From Octopus bimaculoides (Eukaryota): a stretch of 35,282 bases of DNA. The notes under the pieces are model-generated. The model made no database searches, was not told the origin of the DNA, and was given only the letters and a program-made list of their open reading frames with translations. Shown here piece after piece: positions 24,600-35,282 of the stretch. The translations under genes were made by a program, and so were the position numbers. How positions within the stretch are numbered: position 1 is the stretch's first letter; the number at the start of each line of letters is the position of its first letter. The stretch covers positions 98,004,215 through 98,039,496 of the forward strand of contig NC_068986.1 of NCBI RefSeq assembly GCF_001194135.2. Direction: 5' to 3'.

Positions 24600-25190
24600 A
24601 CGACGACATCGGAGATTCATTCTCTCAGTGTGGTTTCATAATATAAATTTCTGCATTGATACAATTACAATTCGCACCTGTGTGATACCTTATCATCCCA
24701 AAGACATCCCAACACGTATTATTGCCCCCCCCCCCACTGAAGCTAACAATTCTCGCCATCGAAGGATGAATAATAGGGAAGATGCAAGATAGGCCATATC
24801 TTGCCTGTCATATCTTCAGTGGGCATAAAACTTAGCTGAAAGTAATGCTAGTATTTGATTGGCAAACTTAAGAAATCAATAACCCAAACCAAATACCTGT
24901 GCATCAAGATTTTTCTATCCCTTCTGTTCAACACAAAATATGCTACAATTACTTAGGCATTGAGAAAAACATGTACGAAAGTGCTGTGTATAGCGCTGAA
25001 CGACCCGAGAATTTTACACCAGGTTAGAAAACTATGGCAGTCGCAGGCAATATATCACGATGCAAATTCCTTTTGGGATTTTTGACTAGAATGTAAAGGA
25101 ATTCCATTCCATAGAAATTAACACCTGCAAGATCTTGACATCAATTGGGAACCTTTACAAGAAGAGCGTTAACGACAGTCTCTACTAAGA
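24600..25190 (+). mobile_element. R4/Dong-like (R2 group) non-LTR retrotransposon RT/thumb relic
   Basis: Frameshifted pieces read GDSFS..FII, LIGKLKK, ICYNYLGIEKN, QVRKLWQS and SFGIFD*NVKEFHSIEINTCKILTSIGNLYKKSVNDSLY. These match the pattern YKYLGI...RVRK...SFGI..W...E...D..TRK.LT..G..H..SDVDRLY. The 5' boundary is uncertain. Confidence 0.65.
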
Positions 25191-26637
25191 AAGTATGTAA
25201 GAGATAGACTCTTGCTCTCGCTGTAGACAGCCTTTCGAATGTATAGCTTCTTTCAGATATAGTACTTGCAAATATAGATACATAAATTTAATGATGGAAA
25301 GTGAAATGAACAACAAGCTAAGTGTCTGTAGCGAGCTCCTGAAGAAACATTTTTTCCTGACGACATCTCATACAATCCCCAAAGAGCTTCCTGTAATGAA
25401 AGAGCTTCATTACAGGAAGATCTCAGATAAAGAGAAAAGAACTTTCACACCTTTGCACCCCTTCCCCGCCACACACGCTTTTCCAAAGTTTTCATTTACT
25501 AATTTCGCGTCAAAGTGACCAGTCGAACTAAGTCAGTGGTATTAATTTTATCGTCTAAAATGGCGTATAGTAGAATCGAACCAAGAACTGCATAGAATTT
25601 TAGACATAGTTAATTGATTTCTCACTCTTTTCATTAATATGTTGTTTGCACACTCAAATAATGTACCGAAATTTTATTTAATCATTGTAAATGCACGATA
25701 AATAATATATTTCTACAATATATTGATATATTGATATTGGATAATATTTTCATCCCATTACAATATTGCATAAATGTTAAATAAAGAAAGACAGGCTATA
25801 GAGAGCAAGTGTAGGTGTCTGGTGAATACAGCGATAGTCTAGCTTTGATATATGTGTCTACATAAAGCTTAAATCTCCATATTAACATATTCATAACTTG
25901 CATCTATCAACAAAAAAAATAATGTCATATATTTGATGTTAGATAAAATATACGAAATGAAGATTCTAGCTTTCTTTGTTATTCCTATCATCAATATTTC
26001 AATATTTAGTGCCAGCAACATGTTTGTTCGTCACCTGTTTCGGAATACTACTTCAGAATGTGCTTTTGTTGGTGTTGGTGTTGGTGTTGGTTTTTAGCTA
26101 ACAGAGCTCTTTCCCTTAATTCTTATCGAATGTTGCCTCTAACATCATAAACTGGTGCAGTGAAGCATGGTATTTCACAACGATAGATTTTCAGGTTCAA
26201 TCCTAGTTTGTTTTATCTTAGGCCACTGTTTTCTGGCTTAATCTGACGCTGACCACTTTCCCATTCGAGTAAAAAAGTTGCTGGATAAAATAAGCATATA
26301 TTTTTCGTGCTTCTGTAGACTGTAGCCCAGTTATTACTTTCACGGGGGTGATGGTGTATTTAACAGTCCATTCTGTTGCGAATATCACGAACAGCGCTTC
26401 GCTTTCCGACATACTTTGGTTCCTTAATCCAACGATAAAAGATTTTAAACGCCTTATATGTCTCATAAGCACTGTTTATCTTTATCTCAGTTATGAAAAA
26501 AATGAAGCAAATATGTTATGTACTACTCTTATCATAATTTACATAGGCAAAAGAAGGAAGGTACATCTAATGTAAAGAATACGTAGTCGCACATAAATTA
26601 TTTAAACAAGCAGGATGAACACAGCCGGAAAGAATTC

Positions 26638-27198
26638 GATACTTGTTCTACTAAGATAAATAACAGTGAATATAGCATTGAATAAAAGGAACCTCGGCAG
26701 TTTCGGCGATAAGTACACTCTTATAGTATCGTCTGAATTATCAGCTCTTTGGAATAGTGTGTAGGTTGTTGCGTATAGCGGGTACGTGTAAGTATAATGA
26801 TACANNNNNNNNNNNNNNNNNNNNNNNNNNNNNNNNNNNNNNNNNNNNNNNNNNNNNNNNNNNNNNNNNNNNNNNNNNNNNNNNNNNNNNNNNNNNNNNN
26901 NNNNNNNNNNNNNNNNNNAAAGGAACCTCGGCAGTTTCGGCGATAAGTACACTCTTATAGTATCGTCTGAATTATCAGCTCTTTGGAATAGTGTGTAGGT
27001 TGTTGCGTATAGCGGGTACGTGTAAGTATAATGATACTTGTTCTACTAAGATAAATAACAGTGAATATAGCATTGAATAAAAGGAACCTCGGCAGTTTCG
27101 GCGATAAGTACACTCTTATAGTATCGTCTGAATTATCAGCTCTTTGGAATAGTGTGTAGGTTGTTGCGTATAGCGGGTACGTGTAAGTATAATGATAC
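26638..27198. repeat. 161-bp tandem repeat interrupted by a gap (26805-26918)
   Basis: ggaacctcggcag occurs at 26688, 26922 and 27083, giving period 161 on the right contig. The copies appear identical. Confidence 0.95.
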
Positions 27199-28364
27199 AT
27201 AAAACTATACATGACTGAAATAACCGATGATTATAGTTGTTCAAAGTCAACAACGACAACAGCCTCTCTTATCAAGCAACTCGCAAACATTGTTCCAATC
27301 AAGGCACTAATGTTCATTTGTCGAAATTTATTTAACCCATTCAGAAATATTTTGCGTAACTCAATGATAATATTTCGTAAGGTAGCCTTCAGTAATAACG
27401 TTGTATAAGGGAGTTAGCTAAACACGTGATATACGTCTGTCTGTGTATATGTTTTTAAGTGCGAATGAGTGTTCGTGTTTATACCTTAGATAATACTAGA
27501 TTACCAAGCTTGGTATCGAAATTCCGGACTTTCAGTCGAACGATGAGTGTGGCGGATTGAAAATAAAACGACAGAAGAGCGGTCTGAAAGGATGATATGC
27601 TGGATGATGGAAGTCCTGGAAACAATAGAAGCCGAGTAAATGGTTTCTATCTACTGTTATCCCTTATAAACTCAGTATAAAATCTGTGTATATGTCTTCA
27701 TATTCAAAATTCATTAAAGTTCTGTTAAAATATGCAATAAAATCGTGAATGACGATGAATTTCTAGGCAGGATAGTTTTTTTCATATCCAAAAGCCTTTG
27801 CCGTGTTCATGGATTTTCCTTTATTTTCTGGAGTCTCAAAATTTTATGGAAGTTTAATAGTGTTTCTATGTGTTGACAATGGTATTAGTTCTAGTGATGG
27901 AATTTTAAACGTTTTTTTTTCATTAGGCAGAGATATTTAGGAATTTAACGAAGAATTGTAGCCTCAGTTTAATGAGTATGTACGGCGGCATTCTTAATGG
28001 AGAACATGAACTTAATTTTTCAGGCCGTGAATTATCCAAAGATTCTCTAGAGGATCACCTTCTAATTTATGTATTGTTTCACACACGCGCACGGACACGC
28101 ATTCGCGCGTGAACTCACACACGCACAAACACAAGGCATAGAGAACAAAAAGGAAATATGTGTGAAGAAATAATATATGCGAGTGGGCAAATGTCGCAAG
28201 TTATTAAGGAAAGGAAAACAGCGAAGAGCGTGCATGTGTGTATCAACTCTTCAAAACTTCTGATTTGGTGGCGCGGATCGATAGTATTTATGTTAGTATT
28301 TATGTGACTCTATCCTGATTATATGTGTCTCAAATCTCTCGGGATATATTAACAATATATATAC

Positions 28365-28409
<45 letters not shown>

Positions 28410-28783
28410 NNNNNNNNNNNNNNNNNNNNNNNNNNNNNNNNNNNNNNNNNNNNNNNNNNNNNNNNNNNNNNNNNNNNNNNNNNNNNNNNNNNNNNNNNNN
28501 NNNNNNNNNNNNNNNNNNNNNNNNNNNNNNNNNNNNNNNNNNNNNNNNNNNNNNNNNNNNNNNNNNNNNNNNNNNNNNNNNNNNNNNNNNNNNNNNNNNN
28601 NNNNNNNNNNNNNNNNNNNNNNNNNNNNNNNNNNNNNNNNNNNNNNNNNNNNNNNNNNNNNNNNNNNNNNNNNNNNNNNNNNNNNNNNNNNNNNNNNNNN
28701 NNNNNNNNNNNNNNNNNNNNNNNNNNNNNNNNNNNNNNNNNNNNNNNNNNNNNNNNNNNNNNNNNNNNNNNNNNNNNNNNNNN
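28410..28783. other. Assembly gap (N)
   Basis: Run of N after (TA)n. Confidence 1.
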
Positions 28784-29575
28784 ATTTCTTTGTATTTCTT
28801 ATGTCTTATGTTTTATGTTTTATCGGTTATAGTTTGACCAGTTTATCATTATCCTTTATATTTTTTCATATTGAGGTTTTTAATTTTTTACGTTTTATCT
28901 CTTATTTTTACTTTTATTTTTATTGTTATCAGTTTTATTATTCTTTAATATTTTTCAGTTCTTATTTTATTGTTTATTTCTTAGTCATTACATTATTAAT
29001 TGTGGGTGCTAATATTTCCTTTCACTAGTATACTATATTACTCTGTATTTTGAATTTTGCCTTTTGAATTTTAACGTCCAAACCTACTTATAACCCCCCC
29101 TTATAACGTATTTTGCTTTTCTCGTTGACATGTTTATTGATGAATTCTTTAAGGTCTTCTATGTTTAATTACCCGTTCCACTTCCTTCACCCTTCTTCAT
29201 CTAGATAAGGATATGTAGATAGGTTAGTACACTTAAGTTGTAATTCGCTTAGGTTGACCACTGACCACTCACCACAAGAATATCATGTTTCATGTTTCAT
29301 GTTCTTAGTCTATTCTGGCATGACACTTCTTATTCACGATCCACCACTGAGATAGACAGACACAGCTCATACATATCTATCCCTTACGACCTTTAAGATC
29401 TCTGTATCTATTCTATTTAGCACTTTATCTTCTTCTACATTTAGGTTGTTCCTCACCACCCTTCACCAACCCATCGAAATAGCTTAGATGTAGCTTACTT
29501 GACTCCCTTTATTTTTTATTTTTTTATTTTTTTATTTTTTATATTTTATTTTTTATTTTATTTATTTTTTTATTT

Positions 29576-30234
29576 NNNNNNNNNNNNNNNNNNNNNNNNN
29601 NNNNNNNNNNNNNNNNNNNNNNNNNNNNNNNNNNNNNNNNNNNNNNNNNNNNNNNNNNNNNNNNNNNNNNNNNNNNNNNNNNNNNNNNNNNNNNNNNNNN
29701 NNNNNNNNNNNNNNNNNNNNNNNNNNNNNNNNNNNNNNNNNNNNNNNNNNNNNNNNNNNNNNNNNNNNNNNNNNNNNNNNNNNNNNNNNNNNNNNNNNNN
29801 NNNNNNNNNNNNNNNNNNNNNNNNNNNNNNNNNNNNNNNNNNNNNNNNNNNNNNNNNNNNNNNNNNNNNNNNNNNNNNNNNNNNNNNNNNNNNNNNNNNN
29901 NNNNNNNNNNNNNNNNNNNNNNNNNNNNNNNNNNNNNNNNNNNNNNNNNNNNNNNNNNNNNNNNNNNNNNNNNNNNNNNNNNNNNNNNNNNNNNNNNNNN
30001 NNNNNNNNNNNNNNNNNNNNNNNNNNNNNNNNNNNNNNNNNNNNNNNNNNNNNNNNNNNNNNNNNNNNNNNNNNNNNNNNNNNNNNNNNNNNNNNNNNNN
30101 NNNNNNNNNNNNNNNNNNNNNNNNNNNNNNNNNNNNNNNNNNNNNNNNNNNNNNNNNNNNNNNNNNNNNNNNNNNNNNNNNNNNNNNNNNNNNNNNNNNN
30201 NNNNNNNNNNNNNNNNNNNNNNNNNNNNNNNNNN
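29576..30234. other. Assembly gap (N)
   Basis: Run of N between a T-rich repeat and (TA)n. Confidence 1.
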
Positions 30235-30277
<43 letters not shown>

Positions 30278-31825
30278 ATGTATGCATACAGATATATATT
30301 ATTACGAACCTATCACGTAGAATATTGGCCACGTATCATGACATTCCTTTGATAATTGTGAAGCGCTTCTCTGTCATGAAACCGATGGCAGTTTTAATCT
30401 ACAATTGTGTGTGTATATATGCGTGTGTGTATGAGCGTGTGCATGTGCGCACGCGTGTGTGTGAGTGTGCGCGTGTGTGTGCTTATACTAGTACGTGTAT
30501 CTTCGCTATGATATATTGATATTTCTTCAGGTTCTTCTTTTACCATCAGGAAGATATCGTTTAGACAACTAAACTAAATGATTGACATACTTCTAATTAA
30601 TTTCAAACTAATTTTGAATACACTCTGTGAAAAGTAATTCGGTTTCAAACGAGTTGAAATATGTATCAAGAACAAAGTTGTGTATTAATTACAAACCCAC
30701 GTATGCGCATATATCCATTAGTTATAAACAAAAAAAAAACACAAAACAAGCACAAGAACACACTCACTGTTACGCACACACACACATATTTGTATGTTTA
30801 TATATGTACGTCTGTGTGTGCGTGTGTGTATGTATATGTATAAGTATATACATATAAGCGGAAGCGTGGAAACATGGAATAATACACACAACCTTACAAT
30901 AATACATAAAAATATATATTCCAGTTTGTTTTACCAGTAAGATAGATAAGTTTTTTTCATGTAAATGATGTTCCTGAAAAGGTCTACAGCTAATTGAACT
31001 CTACTGCACCCCGAACAATACAATGGAGCAACGAAGATAATAATTATCAATATGCAATCGTCAATACACTATTCAAGTATCGAATATCTGGAGGAGAAGT
31101 GCGTGAGAAATATACACCTCAACATATTTCACAGATTCAATAATATAATCTTGCACTGTGTGTGCGTAAGTGTGTTCGCGCATGCGCCTGTTTGCAATGT
31201 GTGTGGGTGTGGGTGTGGGTGTCTATTATGTAATAGATATCACGTGTGTCTGTGTGTGTGTCTCTGTGTGTGTATGTGTGTTTGCGTTTCATATTGGTTG
31301 TTGAATAGACAAATTATCACTAGAGCTTATACACATAAATACACACAATATATAAACACTTATACATATATCCATACAAAGACATATACAGTAAAACATA
31401 GACACACATACAATCATACACACATACATACGTACGGACATACATACATGCGTACATACATACATACATACATACATACATACATACATACATTCCTATC
31501 TATATCTTATTCAAAAAGTAATTGGTACAATACACTTTCGGTAAAATAATGTTATTGAAAAGATGGTTTTTCAAACAATACATTTTGATCGTGATAAAGA
31601 ACATGACAGCCATCAGCCGATGGCTTCTGAGAAAAACTTGAAATAATTCGATTCCAATCCTTTTCGGAATATCTGGCAAAATTTTGAAGTGGCATAACAT
31701 CAAAAAGTTTCACTAATACAAATTATGAATACCAGATGTTTCAGTGGTGATGTGCTGTTAATTGGCATATTCCAACTTAAATATTCCACTGTATGCATTT
31801 TAATCTCTCTGCTTCTGTCTCTGTT

Positions 31826-31884
<59 letters not shown>

Positions 31885-31924
31885 TACGCACTCACGCTTC
31901 CTATATACATACACACACACACAC

Positions 31925-32276
31925 NNNNNNNNNNNNNNNNNNNNNNNNNNNNNNNNNNNNNNNNNNNNNNNNNNNNNNNNNNNNNNNNNNNNNNNNNNNN
32001 NNNNNNNNNNNNNNNNNNNNNNNNNNNNNNNNNNNNNNNNNNNNNNNNNNNNNNNNNNNNNNNNNNNNNNNNNNNNNNNNNNNNNNNNNNNNNNNNNNNN
32101 NNNNNNNNNNNNNNNNNNNNNNNNNNNNNNNNNNNNNNNNNNNNNNNNNNNNNNNNNNNNNNNNNNNNNNNNNNNNNNNNNNNNNNNNNNNNNNNNNNNN
32201 NNNNNNNNNNNNNNNNNNNNNNNNNNNNNNNNNNNNNNNNNNNNNNNNNNNNNNNNNNNNNNNNNNNNNNNNNNNN
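31925..32276. other. Assembly gap (N)
   Basis: Run of N between (CA)n and (AT)n. Confidence 1.
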
Positions 32277-32320
<44 letters not shown>

Positions 32321-32582
32321 TATTGTGTCTAGGGAGAGTCGTTCTCTTTTAATGCCTTATTATTTAACACACATGCCGGTTCGATTTCCACTCATTTACT
32401 TTTTTTTTCTAAAGTTTTCGTTGTATCTTGCAACCTTTTCAACAGTCGTTGCTTTATTGCTTAATACACTCACCGCTTCTATTTCCACTCATATTTAATT
32501 ATTTATTTTCTCTAAATCCCAGGTAGACAAAGGACATGCTGTTTTCACTTCAGTTTAGAAGCTACTATATATATCCATATAT

Positions 32583-34670
32583 GAATTGAATTGAATTGAA
32601 CTAGTTTCAGCTCATTAGCTGTGGCCATGCTGGGGCATCACTATTTGGTGTTGCTATATTATTTCTACTTCACTAATTCTTTCGAGAACTTGACATTTGG
32701 TGCATGAGGGAGTTTGACGCCGCTGCTCTTATATGCTGTGAAGTTGATTTATCTGGGAATAGATACCTTGTTTTGTTTTGAAAAGGTCTACATCCACCCC
32801 GTGTAGGTCTCTCATGTCCCTTGGAAGGATATTGAACAGCTTCGGTCCTTTAGAAGGATATTGAAGAGCTGCGGTCCTTTAAAGGCCAAGCTGTTGCAAA
32901 AGATTTTGTCCTATATTTTGGTGGCAATGTTAGAGACTTTGACACTATGCAGTGGCGTACTGTTCTAGCGTCAACGTAACTTTCAATACCAAAGTTTGGG
33001 ACAAGTCCCTCCAGGATCTTCCAGATGTATATTACGGTATATCTTTACCGCCTTCGAGCCAGGGAACAGAGTCCCAGTCTCTTGACTCTTTCCCAGTAGC
33101 TTAAATGTTGCATAGAAGCTATTCTCTTCCTGTAGCTTCGTTGGATGCCCTCACGTTCTGAAATTATTTTTTGTTGTATAATAAAACTGTATATTCCTCT
33201 CGGTATGGTTGGTGGCCATAGCTGGGAGCAATAGTCAAAGCAGACCATCATGGTTACTTGATAACACGTTTTAAAAGTTCTAATAATCCATCCGGTCAGC
33301 CGCCTGCATTTCATTGTCAACTTAACAACATGCTAAGCATCATTACTCATGTAAATGCCCAGGTCTCTGGGATTGCAATCCCTCCAGGTCCAGTGAATTT
33401 AATTGGCATTGCATTTAGTTTTGCAGGCTGATAGCATAGGTCTTGAAACATTTCAGCATTAAACTGCATGTTATTCTTCTTAGCCCACTTGTATATTTTA
33501 TCTAACTTACGTTGCAAGTGTATAGCACTTTCAGGGTTCTGTATCACCTGTGAAACTTTTGTAACGCCTGCATAACTTGTGATCGTGGATCTCTGTGTGG
33601 CGCAGGGCATATCTGAGAGGGCCATTATGAACAGTGCCCTGCGGAACACCACTTACTATTTGCGTATCAATGGAGGTGACACTATTGGCTACTGTTGCTT
33701 GTTTTCTATCTTTCAGAAAGTCATATAGCCATTCCCCTAATTTTCCGACTATGCCGAGATCATGCAGTTTGTGACATATTCCATGATCGACTGTATCAAA
33801 ATATTTTGCAAAGTCGAGATATATCACATCCACATTTCAGTTATTGAGCAGTTGTTTCAACACCCAATCATAGAGTTGTAAGAGCTGAGTCAGGCATCTT
33901 CTTCCTGGTCGGAAATCATTTTGGGTGTCACTCAGCAAGTTATTTTCCTTAAGGAAGGTAATTACTTTTCATATCACTATTCGTTCTATGACTTTGCAGA
34001 TGTCAGAGGTCAGTGGGATAAGTCTGTAATATTTAGCCTCTGCTCTGCTACCTCCTTTATGGATATGGCATAATCTCCCTTCCTTCTGCTTAATTGGAAA
34101 TTTGCCAGTTTCAATGAAGCTCTGGAAGAGCGACTGCACTGACCTTGCTAGGACTCGCTCATATGACTTTAAACGGATTGCTGGGAATCCATCAGGGCCA
34201 GTAGCTAGTTCGAGTTCATCTTATCGATAGCCCTTATTACAGTGTCTTCTTTTATATTGAAGTAATCAATGTTCTTCTAAGTTAACTAAAACTTGTATTT
34301 TTGTCCGCGTGATTCAGAGCATTTGGAGAGTGGCATGTAGTACATATAACTACATCGAGTTGTTTTATATGTACGGTTAAAATGTCACATATGGAATTTG
34401 AGTGTGACAAACGGTTACCTGGAGTCTGAGGTCTTCGCGGATGTACATAGTAACTCCATCGTGACTCCTTTCTTTTCTGTTGGTCCTTAATACACCATAT
34501 CGTAGTATGTGTAACTCTGCATTTGCTCTATCTGATCTTAGTTGTTTCCGTAATTACTATGCATAAGCTTGATTGTATCCAAAATAGTCTCTCAAGAAAG
34601 GAATTTTGGTCCTGTTACTTAGTGTTAACAGGACCCTAATGTTCAGTAAGTGCACCGATGTGGTGATTTC
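32583..34670 (-). mobile_element. CR1-clade LINE ORF2 pseudogene (APE N-terminus, internal deletion, RT, 3' end with (TTCAA)n tail)
   Basis: APE part reads LLNIRVLLTLSNRTKIPFLRDY, IVITET and LRTNRKERSHDGVTMYIREDL. RT part reads ATGPDGFP, YRLIPLTSDICKVIER, DTQNDFRPGRRCLTQL, DVIYLDFAKYFDTVDH, SGVPQGTV, ITSYAGVTK (YADD mutated), FDYCSQLW and YWERVKRLGLCSLARRR. Confidence 0.95.
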
Positions 34671-34760
34671 TGGGCATACATAGATATATGTATTATATGT
34701 GTATGAATTTATACATATGTATACATGTATCCCACCGTTTTTCCCTTCTTTGGACTTTCC

Positions 34761-34799
34761 TTGTTTCCGACGAAGAGCTCAGCTCCAAACGTCATACTC
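34761..34799 (+). ncRNA. Degenerate minimal type I hammerhead ribozyme motif (Penelope-associated type)
   Basis: gttt-CCGACGA-a-GAGC-tca-GCTC-CAAA-cGTC-atac compared with canonical CUGANGA-stem II-GAAA plus palindromic ACGU stem III and a GUC site. Two core substitutions are present. Confidence 0.55.
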
Positions 34800-34883
34800 T
34801 CTCTCTTTCCTTTCCCGAGCGTCCAATAACACAATCTGTATCACGTCCTCACGTTGTTGCGTTTTGTCTTTTTCCTTTTTTTG

Positions 34884-34930
<47 letters not shown>

Positions 34931-35099
34931 CAAGTATATACTACTACTACTTCTAATAATAATAATAATTTTTCCCAGTGATCGGCTACAAAAATTGGCA
35001 AGATATTTTATTAACATGAAAACAATGAGACTAAATACACAAATAAAGAATCTTCATTCAACAATGCGGTATTCAGCGCTCATTGTCATTGCTCGACAT

Positions 35100-35199
35100 T
35101 TATATATATATGCATATGCATCTATGTATATATGCATACATTTATGAATATTTGTGTGAACATACATATCTATATGTGTGTGTGCATATGAATATACAT

Positions 35200-35239
<40 letters not shown>

Positions 35240-35240
35240 A

Positions 35241-35282
<42 letters not shown>
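35100..35282. repeat. TA/TACA/CA microsatellite tract
   Basis: Direct inspection. Confidence 0.97.

Noticed and set aside
26638-27198. CRISPR-like array
   Set aside because: The 161-bp units are identical with no unique spacers, and the context is eukaryotic.
31205-31220. G-quadruplex (gggtgt)n
   Set aside because: It has only three G-tracts.
34608-34635. Perfect 10-bp hairpin ggtcctgtta/taacaggacc
   Set aside because: It lies inside the LINE APE coding relic and is short enough to be incidental.
2704-35281. Many track ORFs with IYIY, VCVC, HTHT, SLSL, RERE or X runs
   Set aside because: They are translations of microsatellites or N-gaps, not genes.

Overview
AT-rich eukaryotic DNA with eight N-gaps and dense (TA)n/(TG)n/(CA)n/(GA)n microsatellites. 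The repeat content suggests a coleoid cephalopod, probably Octopus; this is inferred from SINE bodies I recall and was not checked against a database. No intact protein-coding gene can be identified with confidence, and nearly all ORFs in the supplied track come from microsatellites, gaps or TE relics. Manual six-frame reading shows a transposon graveyard: a Penelope-like (GIY-YIG) fragment, two mariner fragments, a maT/DD37D-type Tc1-mariner with both TIRs, a decayed piggyBac with its Cys-rich tail and TTAA end, an RTE 3' end, an R4/Dong-like RT relic, an internally deleted CR1-clade LINE, and two SINE families. The most notable structures are a 3' tail shared by one SINE family and the CR1 LINE, a degenerate Penelope-type minimal hammerhead ribozyme, a 101-bp inverted repeat around a (CT)n core, and a 161-bp tandem duplication with GATAC microhomology. 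Several weak candidate exons of unidentified host genes lie on both strands. I found no convincing evidence of a wholly new biological system.
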